Shown here piece by piece: positions 1-12,660 of a stretch of DNA of 64,000 nt (position 1 is the first letter of the stretch; each line of letters begins with the position of its first letter). Origin of the DNA: Lama guanicoe (lineage: Eukaryota); the NCBI GenBank assembly GCA_013239625.1, contig MU053652.1, positions 2,234,001-2,298,000 of the forward strand, written 5' to 3'. The translations under genes were made by a program, and so were the position numbers. The notes below the pieces were generated by a model, which saw nothing but the letters and a program-made list of their open reading frames with translations, had not been told where the DNA came from and did no database searches.

Positions 1-698
1 TACAAAAAAAGAATGGTCTACGGGAGCCTGGACTCTCCCCCTCGCACCCCTCGAATCCTGCCCTAGCATCAGCCCCTCCAGGCAGCTCATATCAGGCCCT
101 TCGTCAGTCTCCCCAACTCACACACCACATTTGAATCTGGACATTCGGCTATTATCCTCAAAATGAAGGATCAGGCTTTGCCTGAGACATAATGAGTTGA
201 ATACAATTTTATGGGTCTCTCTGGGAAGACCAGGTGGGGGGCTGGGGCAGAGAGGGAGGGAAGGAGGAGGGCAGATGGGTAACAATTCCTGAGTCTCTCT
301 CCAGGGGCAGATAGAAAGGCTAAAGCAGAATCCTCAGAAGACGCAGGCAATCAGCGACATTAGCATACAAACTGCCTCCTCCAGACATCAGCTCTTGGCA
401 GCCAAGGACCCATCAGAGGCAGCAGGCTCTTATCCCTGCAATAAATACTTATGAAAGCTTGCTGATGCCAAACCTCTTGGGAGGCCTGCGGGGAGGGGAG
501 AGCTGCCCCAGAGCTGAGGACTCGGGACTTGAGAAATGGTCAGAAAGAGTGATGGGCTGAGGGTAGAGGGAAGATGGAGAAGCCAAGGCAGATACGGGAA
601 CCATGTTAGTGCCAACAGAGGACCTGAGTGAGGAGTGAAGGCCCCACTGGCCCGCTGTGGGATGCGGAGCCTGGCACTACCTCTCAGCACACCTGCTT

Positions 699-1310
699 TG
701 TAAAGTCAGAGGACAAAAGCCCCTGCCCCCTAGAAGATGCTATACAGCAGGGCTCCCTACAGTCCTCACCTTCAATAGCATGTGTCTGAGACAGCCTTGA
801 CGGTCCCTCCGCTCTGCTAACCTTCAGACATGTTTCTTCCTGAACAGAACCCCAGCCTCCCTTCTCTTAGAGCACTTACTCTAGAAAAATGCTAGAAACT
901 TGTAAATTCTTGTAACTAGAAAATTGTCCATTCTTTCCCTGCCCCTTTGAGATGTAAGTCTCCCCACCACCCGCCACTTTTACAAACCAAGAATGCTTTT
1001 TTCAAGGGCCTGGAAAGCATCCCTTTGAGATGCTATTACCTAAGGAGAGAGCACACTCCTTTCTCCCAGTTTCCGTGGGAGCTGAGGAGCCCACCTTCAT
1101 AAGCCACAATCAGCAATCACAGATGTCCTGATTACATGAACCAACCTCCCCCCTAAAGTCCTGGAAGACTTTCCCACTTGTTCTTCCCAGTGCTTAAAAC
1201 TCTCCGCCTTTTGTTTCAACAGAGTCAAGTTTAGTCTCTCTCCTCTATTGCATTAGTCGTGAATAAAGTCTTCTTTTCCTCTTTAACTCTGTTGCAATTT
1301 TTCTCTGACA
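699..1310 (+). mobile_element. Solo LTR, ERV1 class (MER34/MER89-like)
   Basis: TG...CA ends. AATAAA at 1262 followed by a T-rich U5. Internal 'ccctttgagatg...tctcccagtttccgtgggag...gagcc' resembles MER34-group LTRs. Left edge is uncertain. Confidence 0.7.
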
Positions 1311-1524
1311 CAAAGAAAGAACTCCAAAAAAATAGACAGGCCAGAGGCCTCTGAACCCTGGGAATTGTGGTCTGGCCAGTTAACTTCTACAGACCACCTT
1401 TGGGGAAACCTGTTTGGCCATGGATGGTCCCTCAGCAGAGGAATATGAGCCCCAGAAGTTACCTCAGAGATCATTTAATTCAAACCCCACCTTCTTATGA
1501 AGGAGAAAGCTGGAGTTCAGAGAT

Positions 1525-2002
1525 GCAGACCAGCTACAAAGGTGCAGGGCCCAGTGCCAAATGAAAACATAGAGCCTCTTGTTCAAAAAGTAGGAATGAC
1601 ACCCTTTTCCTTTCGCACACAGTCTCTTTCTCAGTTGGTCTTGATTTTCTTATGTGCTATTTGTCACCCCGCCTTGGATACGAAACACTCACTGAATGAA
1701 TACAGACCCTCCCAGGGGGTGGGGTAAACACACCCAATGCCGTCTGTCACTGCACCCACACACAGGCCCCTACCAGGAGCAGAGGGCAGCAGCAGAGATC
1801 ACTGGGCGGGAGGGGCAGCAGGCAGCTGATAACTGGTCCAAGTGCACACTCCATTGTCCCGTGGTCTTCACTTACAAAACACAAATTCCGAAAGAAAATT
1901 CTTAAGACTATCAGAAGAGCACTGACCTCCAGGCACAGGGCCCCCTTCTGAGCACAGGGCCTTGTGCTGCTGCAATAGTCACATACCCATGAAGCCAGCC
2001 CC
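1525..2002 (-). mobile_element. MER45-family hAT-Tip100 DNA transposon (internally deleted)
   Basis: Both termini match MER45: 'gaccagctaca...gggcccagtgccaaatgaaaa...cttgttcaaaaa' and 'gggcccccttctgagcacagggcc...cccatgaagccagccc'. Confidence 0.8.
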
Positions 2003-2366
2003 ACAGACACAGTCCTCAGGTCATGACGGTGCCTATCTCCCCCCGGGATTTTCCAGAACCCTGCTTCACAACACCAGGGATGTGCTGATACCATGCTCCA
2101 CTGTGTCAGCCCTAGGCCATGCCAAAGCAAGGATGGACATTCTCTGCAAGAATGGAAATGGGGCTAGAGACAAAATAAGGATGGTCGCCAGCGATAAGAG
2201 TTGCCACCCCACCTGAGCCTCAGCCTCAAGCCCCCAAGTTCTACCACAAGGATCTAACCCTCTGTTCTTTTTAACTCTAATTTAATGAAATGGATTTTTC
2301 ACAGCTTACAGATGTGGTCATACGACTTCACTACCATATACTTCTCAGTCAGTTATTATAGACTAG

Positions 2367-2625
2367 GGGAAAGGGGTAGGGGAGGAACACATTAGAAATT
2401 GGAATTAACAGAGACACACTACTATATATAAAATAGATAAACAACAAGGACCTACTGTGCAGCACAGGGAACTATATTCACAATCTTGTAATAAACTATA
2501 AAGGAAAAGAATCTGAAAAAGCAGAGATACAAATATATGCATAACTGAATCACTTTACTGTACACCTGAAACATTATAAATCAACTATATTTCAATATAA
2601 AAATTAAATAAATAAAATGAAAAAA
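2367..2625 (+). mobile_element. 5'-truncated artiodactyl-type L1 3' end
   Basis: 'aacaacaaggacctactgtgcagcacagggaactatattca...ataactgaatcactttactgtacacctgaaac' plus an A-rich tail. Probable TSD tattatagac / tattctagac. Confidence 0.85.
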
Positions 2626-2774
2626 GTATTCTAGACCATCTCTGTCCTTACTAAAGTTGGAGTTTAACTCATCCAGGAGTGCAGCTGGATTAAAAAAATA
2701 ACAACAAAAACCTGGTGTGTTAAGTAAGGTATTTAGTGAGAGAGTGAGAAACTAAAATGATTAAAATAGCAAGT

Positions 2775-3005
2775 TTTATTCAGTACTTTCTATGTCCCAG
2801 CCACTGTGCTAAACACCTTACATGGATTATCTCATTTAATGTTTTCAACAACCCTGTGAGGAAGGTACTAATAAAAATCTCTCTGCTATGGAAAAGAAAG
2901 CTAAGAAAAGTTGAGTGATTTGCCCAAGATCACACAGTTAAGTGCTAAAGTCCAGACACGAACCCAAATCGCCTGAACTCGTAGTCACTGCATTCTACCA
3001 CCTCC
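2775..3005 (-). mobile_element. MIR SINE
   Basis: 'ttatctcatttaat...caacaaccctgtgaggaaggtacta...tgatttgcccaagatcacacag', the MIR core in reverse orientation. Confidence 0.85.
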
Positions 3006-4115
3006 TCCTGATTATAGTGCTTTAATGTTTCTGTCCCCTAGATTTAATTCACTTCTCCCGCCAGAGTCAAAGCACATCTTCTTGGCATATCTTCCTCTTG
3101 GGCTGCTTTTGCCAAGAGAATCAGCAATATCTAAAAGATCCACTGTTTCATTGGACTCATCAAACAGAAGATGGCTAGGTCTACTGCTGGTATTTATATA
3201 TTGTTATCACCACTCTATCCCAAAACATAGTAAATCAACTGCTTTATAATAGTATAATGCCCACGTGGCCTGGATTTTCTAGAGTAATCTTGCCTTCAAC
3301 ATTGTGACCTATTTTCTACATAAGCCACACAGTTAGAGAAATTATAATACAGTCACAACCAAAATAGATTCCCCACTCAGTTTCTTGCATCCAAAAGGGT
3401 CCCAAATTCCTCTGTCAGATTTCCTTTGTCAAAATTCCTTGGGCTCTGAAAACAGGGTCCTGGAATCAAGTCGATGGAGGAGTTTGAGCTCACTTCCTAC
3501 TCGTGGCTGAGGCTGTTTACATTTCAGCAAAGACATGATGCCATGTGGTGTCATCACCACAGCTGAATCAGAGCGGCTCCTAGCCACAGGCTCTGGTGTT
3601 TAATTAGCCTCCATATACCTGCTGACTGCAGTCCTCACCACCGAGACAATTCTTATTCACAGGGGCCTCTGGTGGTGGTACAACTATTTTCCAGCAGCCT
3701 GATTTTCTCCCCCAGAGAACAGAGAGCAGACTGTCTTAAAGCACTGAAGCAAGTCCTGACCACTGCCTGTGTCGGGCTGCCGTGCCGTGGCACCAGGCCT
3801 GTATGAACCTGGCCAGGTCACACAGACTAAAGGCCTAATTGGTGCCAGGAACACATGTGGCCAGGCATTCTGTTGTCCTGGAGTTTATAGACTACACACA
3901 CCTTGGCCCACCCACTCATTTCAAACACGTGGTTATGCAACCCTCCTCTGTGTCATGTCCAAGAAACGTGGAAAATGTCCTTGGCCAAGAGCCATGGAGA
4001 CCTAGGGTTCCAAATGACTGATTCTCAGTTGAAGGCAGGCAGAAGGCAGATACTTGTATCTCCTATCTACCCCCTTGGCCACTGAGTCTTTCATTGATAT
4101 CACCAGTTTCCTGAA

Positions 4116-4188
4116 AGCTGTCCCACTCGGTTGGATAAAGCATGGTGCTCATGACACAAGGACCACTGGATGTATTGCCGAAAAGTCC
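4116..4188 (+). mobile_element. Decayed tRNA-Ile-like head (MamSINE1-like SINE or tRNA pseudogene fragment)
   Basis: 'actcggttggataaagcatggtgctcatgacacaagg' resembles tRNA-Ile 'gctcagttggttagagcgtggtgctaataacgccaagg'. The B box is destroyed. Confidence 0.45.
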
Positions 4189-4809
4189 TGGACTCTCTCA
4201 CCCACTCTCCAATAACTCATGTATTTTGACAGACATGAAATTACCTAGCTCTTCACTTTTAAAGTAAAAGGAAGTTTATATTAAAATATTATCAGCACAT
4301 GTCAAGGTATTAAATAAAGATCACAGGTGCTCTGTGTTGGACTTAGAGGAAAAGACAGTCAGGGACCATGTCCTGCAGAGCAAGACCTCCCAGTCTGGGA
4401 AAGAAAGGGTGGAGGGCAAACAAATGGTCTGGGGAGACAACAGATTGAGGCCAGCATGACTTTATTTGGCCACCAATGATCCATCACACAAGTTCAAGCA
4501 GGTGCATCTTCTACACACCAGTTGACCTGTATGGCCGTGTAGTGGAGCAAGACCACTACAAGCTGTCAGCACTGAGCCGGGAGTAATGAAGGCAAGACCA
4601 GAAGGTGAGCAGTGTGGTCAGAAACTCAGAGAGCAATATCAAGATGTCAAAGCAGAGTGGAGTGCTTAGACACCAAGAGAGCAAAGCAAGAGATGCTGAA
4701 TCCAATAAGGGCACATCTAAGCAGGAGCCAGTAGGATTGCAAGGTACTGAGATTGAAGGGAAAGGCAGTCCAAGTAAACTCCCACAGAGTCACTATTTGG
4801 AGGGGTGGT

Positions 4810-5325
4810 CTCTCTCACCCCCTCATAAGCAACCATTTTAATATGTTAATATGCCTCCTTTAATTTGCATATATTTCTGGAAAATGCATATTGTGGTTTT
4901 GTGTGCATCCACTTTTCATTTACATGAATGTTATTGTGCTATAGGTCACATTCCCTTTTTCTTAACTCTTCTCAATCAGCACCCTGTTTTAAGATCCTCC
5001 ACACTGCTCTGGGTACATCCAGGCTGTTTCTAACCACTGCACAGGAGTCCATGGGGAGCACCTGCCACATTGTGCTCTGCCTTCCCCTGATGACAGAAGC
5101 CCATATTGCCTCCAGCTCCCCACCGCCAAGAAACAATGCGGCTGTGCGCAGCCTCACAAGTGCCACTAGGGACCTGTGAAAGAATTTCTCTGGGAAACGT
5201 GCCCAGGAATGAAATTGCTGGGTCATATGGAAAATCCATTCTTAATTTAACTAAATAGTGTGAGAGGGCTCTCCACAATGGCTGCACACGCTATTCGCCC
5301 ACCGGCAGAGCAAGGCAGTTCCATT
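4810..5325 (-). mobile_element. Old L1 (L1ME-type) 3' fragment
   Basis: 'cccaggaatgaaattgctgggtcatatgg...ttcttaatttaactaaata' is L1 ORF2 end/3'UTR in antisense. Minus ORF 5030-5287 has an L1-like 'PYDPAISFLG' motif. Confidence 0.75.
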
Positions 5326-6111
5326 CTCTGAGGGTCCTCTTTCGGGGATCTGGGGCTCTGCCTGTTTCAACCCTTCTCTTTCCATGCCAGGCACCTAATA
5401 TCAGTCAGACAGAGGCCCCAAACAAGACTTGTCATCAACTTCTTCCCCCTGTGACCACGTAAGTATTCTAAGAGACAACGCATGTTTGCCCACAGCTGTG
5501 AAATTCTTCTAGGTCCTCCCTAAACATTTCCTCTTTATGGTCAGGATGTCAAAGCATGAAATAACCAAGGCATATTTTTAGGCAATGTGTTTCTAGTCTG
5601 TCCCGAAGCCCTTGACCCAGTGGCTGAAACTGCCAACATCAATAGACACTCATAATAAAGTGACTGTTCAAAAATCTATACTGCATTAACTATAGCTTTG
5701 TTAGTCCAATAAGATTCTGTTTCAACACATCGTGCTTTATATTGGCATTTCACTTAGTATATTTTACTGTCTTTCTCATAGTGAGTTATCTTCTCATGGC
5801 TTTCTTATTCTGCCTTTGGTATTTTCCTTTTATTATTCTACTTTCTTCTAGTTAAATATATGATATGTGTGCATATATGAATAACTGCAGTTTATATAGA
5901 TTCAACTTGGCTTCTGCTGTCAAGACCTTAAGGCACACAATTCTGTCTCGAATCTCTAGTCCTGGGGCACATAGGTCTTTTTCCAACCTGTTTATTGTAC
6001 CTCTCTCCGACTGTATTCTGTCCTGCCTAAACGTGACCACCATCCTACGGAAAGGTAGAGAACCAGTCAGTGTTCGGCATTCCTTTTCACGTCTTAATCA
6101 CAAATGAGCCT

Positions 6112-6553
6112 ATTGCAGAAGATTCTAGTTGTTCCCCAACAGCCATTCTTTGTGTTTTCATGGCAATGGGATTTTTAGCCAGCATCTGATGACCAGGTGA
6201 AGTCTGTACTTCTAGGTTTCTTGTAGGTGGGTGCAGCCCTGTGAAAAAATCATTACCAGTGGGATATGTGTAACTTCTAGGTCACATGATTAAAATAAAG
6301 GTGCTTGTGTAACCCTTCCTTTTTGCCCTCACACTGCCTGGAAGGGGATGCAATGATGAGAGCCGGGCACCGTCATGGATCATGACATGATACTCTTGAG
6401 GATGACAGAGAATCCACAAGGAAGGACCTTGGGTCTCTGATGATTATTGAGCTACCCCAGAAGACCTGGAAAGCTTACCTAGCCATTCCAATGGGAAAAA
6501 CAAACCATTCTCTTATGGAAGCCACTAATATTATACATTAGCCTAACTAACAT
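6112..6553 (+). mobile_element. MaLR solo LTR (MLT1I/J-like)
   Basis: Start 'gcagaagattctagttgttcccc...ccattct' and end 'gaagccact...cctaactaaca' are typical of old MLT1. Confidence 0.65.
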
Positions 6554-6563
6554 ACATATATAC

Positions 6564-6776
6564 CAGGGGCCAGTCAATCTTTTACGTAGAGGCCAGATAG
6601 TAAATATTTTAGATTTTGCACACCATACTATCTCTGCTGCAACGACTCACCTCTGCCTTTGTAGCAAAAAAGCAGCCAGAGATAACAAATGGGTGTCACT
6701 ATGTTCCAATAAAACTTTATAAAAATAGGCATTCTTTAATCAGATTTGGCCCACAGGCTACAGTATGCCACCCCTG
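6564..6776. mobile_element. MER58A hAT-Charlie DNA transposon
   Basis: CAGGGG...CCCCTG termini. Internal 'ggccagatagtaaatattttag' and 'gttccaataaaactttat'. 8-bp TSD atatatac / atacatag. Confidence 0.9.
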
Positions 6777-6779
6777 ATA

Positions 6780-8170
6780 CATAGTAGTATTCACGTATTT
6801 TAAGACTTTATGTAAATGGCATCACACTATATGTATCCTTCTGCTACTTGCTTTCTTTGCTCAACATTATGTTTTTGAGATTTCTCTATGTTCTATATGT
6901 AGATTTATTTCAATCATTTCCATCGTCCAAAACTATACCACTGAATGAATGTTTCACAATTTATTCACTCATTCTTCTGTTGATGATCATTCAGGTTGTT
7001 GCTAATTATTACATCGTTCTCACAATCAGTGTTCTAATGCACACTCATGTAAATACCTCCAAATGCATATGTGAGTTTCTCCAGGATTCACACCTGGGCA
7101 TGAAGTCACTGTTTCCATAAGGTATGTGCGTTTTCCATTTTACTAGCTGTTTCCAAACTTCCTCTCCATGACTATACCAATGAAACCTTCCCTCAGGGTT
7201 TGATGGTTCACCCTGCTCCACAGTTTTACCCATACTTGCTATTATGAGATTTCCTCAATTTTGTCAATCTGACGGGTCAGAAATGTATCTCACTGTGATT
7301 TTCACGTGTATTTATCTGTCTACTAATAAGGTTGAGCATTTTTTCATATATTCACTGGTCATTTAGATGTCCTTTTTATAAAAATCTCTAGTCACATCCC
7401 GTCTCTTTTTCTGTTATGTTATTTGTATTTTTCATATTGATTTGTAAGAGGCTTTCTCATATTCCAGTTACTAAGTATTCATCTTTTATAAGCTTTACAA
7501 ACATTTTTTCCAAGCCTGTAATTTGACTTTAAACTTACATTTTGATACGTGAATATTTTTAGTTTTAATATAGTCAAAATCTATCAATCTTCTTTGGGTT
7601 ATGCTTTTGGCATTTTGTTTAAGAAACCTTTCCTACATACAAGGTCATGAAGATATTTCCTTATAATTCCCCCAATATTTTGAAGTTTCCCTTCTCTCAT
7701 TTAGGTCCTTAAAGGTCCTGGAATTTATTTTAGCATAGCTTTGAAATAGAAATAGAATTTTTTTCCATTATGGATTGCAAGAAATCCCACTGCCATTTTT
7801 TAAATAGCCTGTGCTTTCCTAACACATTTGCAGTGTACCTTGTCTCATATCAAATTCCCATATACTTGTGATTTTATTTCTGAGCTCATTTTCTGTTCAT
7901 TTGATCTCCTTTTCTCCTTCTGCCCTAATCACTTGGGCAATCTCTATAATTCACCTTGATTTCTGGTAAGTTGATGTCCCTGATTCTTGTTATTTTTCCT
8001 CAAAATTATCTTGGGTATCCCTGGTCCTTCCTTTGCTCTCCCAAATAAATTTTAAAATCAGCTTACCAGGTTCTATGAAAAAAAGTTGTTGGAATTTTGC
8101 CTCAAATTATATTCCTAAGGATTCATCCAGAGGTAACTGACATCTTTACAATACTGAGTCTTTCTAACCT
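6780..8170 (-). mobile_element. Old L1 (L1M) ORF2 C-terminus and 3'UTR
   Basis: T-rich antisense L1 motifs: 'gttgagcatttttttcatatattcactggtcattt', 'tttaagaaacctttcctac', 'attttaaaatcagcttacc', 'tgacatctttacaatactgagtc'. Confidence 0.85.
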
Positions 8171-8189
8171 CTGTCTCTTACACTCCCAC

Positions 8190-9095
8190 AGCATCAGATG
8201 ATAAAAATTTGAGGCAGATTTATGGCCAATTGAACTGCTGTAACCAAAAGATTGCTGATTAATGGTTCTGTGTCAATACCGAGAAAAGTTTTCACTGCCT
8301 TGCTACAGGAGTCTGTCCTTGGCCCTGTCCCTTTGAAAATATGTCAGTCAATTATTCAGATGATACCAAGCTGGTGGGGAGAGCACACGCCACAGATGAC
8401 ATAATCACAATTCAGAAAGATCTCAGGTCTAGAATGCATGGCCAAAACCAAGATGATAAAATTTAACAAATACAAATGCATAGCCCAGCAGCAATCTCTG
8501 ACATTCACTTGCACAAATGCAGAATGATTGCAGAGGTAGTAGCAACTAGGCAGCTATTTATGTGAAAAGGATTTTGTGGCACAAGAGAGGCAGTTAGGTA
8601 GTCATTGATCACAAACGTAATAAGAGGCAATAATATGATGTGGCCATTTAAAGAGCTAATGCAAACATATTAAGGTACAAAATCCAGTTCACGTGATTAC
8701 GGGCTCCCTGTGCGCTGATGTAAAATGATCGCATCCGCGGCACTTGCTTCATCTTTGGATGGCACACCGCCATATCTCAGAAAATCTAAAGAAGGATAAC
8801 AAAATGGTGAGACATGTGGAAAGCTTCCCATTCAAGGTCTGGACAATGAGGCATCCATGCTATTATTGCTCTTGTGGTGAAGCAACAAAGTGAAAAGCTA
8901 CGGCTATCCAGCCTATGCAGGAGAAAGCCATCTAACTTACCCTGAACGGAAGTCATTGTGCAGGAGGTAGTGAGTTTTCTGCTGCTAAAGTCATACAAGC
9001 AGATGCTTAGTGGCCATTTCCCAGGTCAGATGCAGACAGGACACCTGCACTGGGTGACTTTTCACTCCCCTTCAGGATTAGTGACCAGGGCTTTA
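8190..9095 (+). mobile_element. L3/CR1 LINE, RT region to 3' end
   Basis: 'ccaaaagattgctgattaatgg...caggagtctgtccttggccctgtcc...cagatgataccaagctgg...attcagaaagatct' matches the CR1 RT (PQGSVLGP, ADDTKL). Confidence 0.85.
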
Positions 9096-9249
9096 AGATT
9101 ATACTCTCTCGCGTTTCTGCCTAGTCCAAAACAAGCTTCCTCAATCACAGATTCGGGGAAGAAACAATACACATGTAGGCAAGTCCAGGAATACAGAGTA
9201 ATAATAAAACCTAGTTTCGCCCAGAGTAGGAAGGATCTCATTATCTTTT

Positions 9250-10410
9250 TTACTTAAAAGAATGCATTCATGAAATATTCAAAACATACTAAAATTACAG
9301 AGAATAATAAAATAAACACCCATGTATCCACCACAGAGAATTAATAACTGCTAAGCTTTTCCATATTGCTTAAGATTTTTTAAGAGAAATAAAACATGAC
9401 AGGTGTAAAGTTCTCACCTCTACTCTATCCTATCTCCTGTAAGAGACAAGTCCCTGAAATCAGTGTATATCCTTCTTGTCTATGTATTTAAGTCTCACTA
9501 CACACATTCCATAAAATAATGTAGTATTTTATATGCTTTTTTATTTATAGACATGGCTTCATGCTATTTATAATATTCTGCAACTTGCTTAGTTAGGACA
9601 CCATCATGAACAAGGCTGCAACAATCATCTTGGTACACATCTCCTTGTCTACGTATGACCGTCTGGGGTACATACACCTAGAAGTGGAACTGCTGGATCA
9701 CGGAGCCTGCATATCTTAAATTTGACTAGATACTGCCAGATCGGCTGTACCCCCCAGCATTACAAGAGAATTTCCATTATCCCACAGTCTTGCTGATGTT
9801 ATCACACTTTCAAATTTTTTCCTAAACTGAAAGATATAAAATAGCATCTCATTGCAGGATTTTTTTGTTTTCTGGATACTAGTAAGACTAAACATTTTTC
9901 ATATATTTACTGGCTATTCAGGATTCCTCATCTGCGAATTGCTTTCTCTTTAGCCTTGGACCATTTATAGTGGCTTGTTTATCTTTTTCTTACTGATTTG
10001 TGGTATTCTTCGTGTGCAGTTGTCCCTCAGTATTTGCAGGCAATTGTTTCCAGGATCCCCTGCAGATACCAAAATCCACGCGGATGCTCAAGTCCCTCAT
10101 ATAAGATGGCGTAGTATTTGCATATAACCCATCATGCACATCCTCCCCTACACCTTAAATCATTGCTAGATTACTTACACCAAATATAATGCAAATGCTA
10201 TGTAAATAGTTGTAAATACAATGTAAATGCTATGTAAATAGTTGCTGTTGCACAACAAATTCAAGTTTTACTTTTTGGAACTTTCTGGAATTTTTTAAAA
10301 TATTTTTTATTTCCTGTTGGTTGAATCCACAGATGCGGAACCTGCAGATACAGAGGGTTGACTGTATTCTGGATATTTATTCTTGATGGGTTATATGCAG
10401 GGAAATACCT
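9250..10410 (-). mobile_element. Old L1 (L1ME-type) 3' fragment interrupted by MER2
   Basis: 'cctagaagtggaactgctggatcac', 'aaacatttttcatatatttactggctattc'. The L1 sequence resumes after 10364 with 'tattctggatattt'. Confidence 0.75.
10017..10364. mobile_element. MER2 (TcMar-Tigger) DNA transposon
   Basis: Terminal inverted repeats cagttgtccctcagtatttgcagg / cctgcagatacagagggttgactg, TA on the right flank, internal 'gataccaaaatccacg...gatgctcaagtccct'. Confidence 0.9.
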
Positions 10411-10611
10411 TCTCTCGCATGACTCATTTCGTTCTAGCTCAGCTTTGATTCTAATCTCACTCCACGCTGAGCCATTCTTCCCAAGTCTTACCCGTAATGT
10501 CTGCTGTCACTTGGGAAGCACGGTTATATCAAGCAAATCCTCTGGTGGTTTTATCTCTGGCATGAAGCTTGCAATTCTAGGGACTTCCATAGGGAGTACT
10601 TTTGTTTGTGG

Positions 10612-11428
10612 TGTGAGAATTGGAGGATTAGCCCATTGAGAGCTTTTCCCACATACTAACCAACCAATTCTGATCCTTCGACACAAACTAGGTGTCTAGA
10701 TTCAATGAATTCCACCACCAAGTACCTGAATTTAGCTTCAGACACCACAGATTTAAGAGTTCAGTCCCAGAAGACTACATCAACTTCAGATCCTAGACCA
10801 CAGTATCAGGTCCCCAGGATACCCACACTTCAGTCTGACTTGGCTACAAATTGAGAGGTTCCCACAAGCTCCCCTCAGGTTCCATAATCTGCTAGGACAA
10901 CTCACAGAACTCAGGAAAGCACTTTCCTACGATTACTGGTTTACTATAAAGGATACAACCCAAGAAAAGCCAGATGGAAGGGATGCATAGCGGAAAGGAT
11001 CATGCAGCATCCATGTCCTCTTTGAGCAAGTCACCCTCCCACCACCTCGAGGTGTTCACCAACCCAGAAGCTTCCCAAACCCCATCATTTAGGGGTGGTT
11101 CCTTTTCGTAGGTGTGACTGATTAAATTCTTGGCAACTGGTGATTGAAAATCTTCATTCAGCTCCTCTCCCTTCCTGGGAGGCTGGGGAATGGGGCTGCA
11201 AATTCCAATCCTCTAATCACTTGGTTGGTTCTCTGGTGACTGGCCCCATCCTGAAGCCATCTAAGGGCCCACCAACAGTCAACTCATTAGCATAAAGTCA
11301 GGTTTGGTTGAAAGCGGCTCATTATGAATAACAAAAGATGTTCCTATCATTCAGGAAATTCCAAGAATTTAATGAACTCTGTTCTAGGAACCCAGGGCAA
11401 AGACCAAACAGTATTTCTTATTACACCC
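10612..11428 (-). mobile_element. MER21-family (MER21C-like) solo LTR
   Basis: 'ctcacagaactcaggaaagcact', 'ttatgaataacaaaagatgttcctatcattcaggaaattccaag' and 'gggcaaagaccaaa...tttcttatta' are diagnostic of MER21. Confidence 0.85.
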
Positions 11429-11991
11429 TAGCCATTAATGAGAAAGATAAAATCATTCATCTATTTAGTTTCTTATTAAAATATTACATTCTTTGTTTCA
11501 TAATTAACGAGTAGTTATCTAACAAATTAAGAGCAAAGTTTAAAGAAATGTGACACCAAGGAACAAGTCATAGATGTTATTGACAACCTCAAGAAAAACA
11601 ATCGTTTATTCAGTACTTCTAATTCTCTTTTTATGTGGATTAACTGTGGTTTGTGCCAGCCTTCCCTGTCTTTGGTTCCACAACCAGAGTGCCTACTTGA
11701 GGCTGCTGTCAGCACAATCTACATTGAGACTTCAGGTCATGAGGGCTTAGAAGAGAGAAGAGAAGGAGTCAAAGCTGAGAATTATCAGCTTGCTTCAATG
11801 ATCTGAGTTAGGACTTTTCTCCATTCCTGCTTGGGGCTGACTTTTATCACCTGTATAGAAATGCCCCTGTACCAAAACTCAAACAAAGCTGGGCAGAGTT
11901 GTGCTGGTTTATGGGTATCTTTGGGTTTGTCCATCAGAGAGGTTACCACTGGCAACCACGTTACAAGTTCATTCACTCAACTTAGTCTTAC

Positions 11992-12492
11992 TAGTAGCCT
12001 TCACTGCCGTGGGACACAACAGCGCCCATTGGTGGCATGGTGATGCATGGGTTGGTAAAAGAATTTACCAGAGATAAAGCATGAGAAAAGGAAAGGACTT
12101 TATTAGGGTATGCTGTCATAACAACAGTGGGCCACACAGACAAGAGGTGCCCATGTGAGCACCGAGGGGCTGGTTGTTGGGGTCTTTTATTATGAGGTGG
12201 GGTCACACGGTGCCTGATCGGCTTGTGCACAAATCTCTGATTGCTTGTAGGTGAGGTAAGAGGTTTAGGGTCCGTGATGGTGGTGGGGTTTATGACTCTG
12301 ATAAGGTGGGCTGAAACAAGCCAGCCTGAACTTTTGTGAGATTAGGCATTACCTAGGGCTATTAGTTTGTTAGGGCAAACGCGCCAGTTAAGAAGGTACT
12401 TTAACAGTTGAGGAATCACAGGCAGACATCTGACAGCCCAGAAATGGGGGTCGCTGGACTTTGAAGGATGTCAGTTAGCCCCATGTTCACTA
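11992..12492 (-). mobile_element. ERV1-class solo LTR (family unassigned)
   Basis: 'gggttggtaaaagaatttacc...aaaggactttattag' gives an antisense AATAAA with U5 context, and 'cttttatt' an antisense TATA-like box. CpG is retained relative to the flanks. Confidence 0.6.
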
Positions 12493-12567
12493 CCTGGGTT
12501 TGTGTTCTAACTTCCATTACCTGGGTTGGACTTTAGACAGACACCACTTTTGCCACACATTTTTCTT

Positions 12568-12660
12568 TTCTTTTCTTTTTTTAAATAGAGGTACTGTAGA
12601 TTGAACCCAGGATCTCGTGCATGCTAAGCATGGGCTCTATCACTGAGCTATAGCCACTTC
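12568..12660 (-). mobile_element. Camelid tRNA-derived SINE (Vic-1-like), short form
   Basis: The reverse strand reads 'tatagctcagtgatagagcccatgcttagcatgcacgagatcctgggttcaatc' plus an A tail. Perfect 17-bp TSD tgccacacatttttctt (12551-12567 and 12661-12677). Confidence 0.9.

Noticed and set aside
4400..4790. Possible ancient LTR (MamGyp/LTR78-like) fragment
   Set aside because: Only a vague compositional resemblance. I could not anchor termini or diagnostic motifs.
12020..12037. CTCF-like site in the LTR (CCACCAATGGGCGC on the minus strand)
   Set aside because: It mismatches the highly conserved G of CCASYAG, so it is too weak to call.
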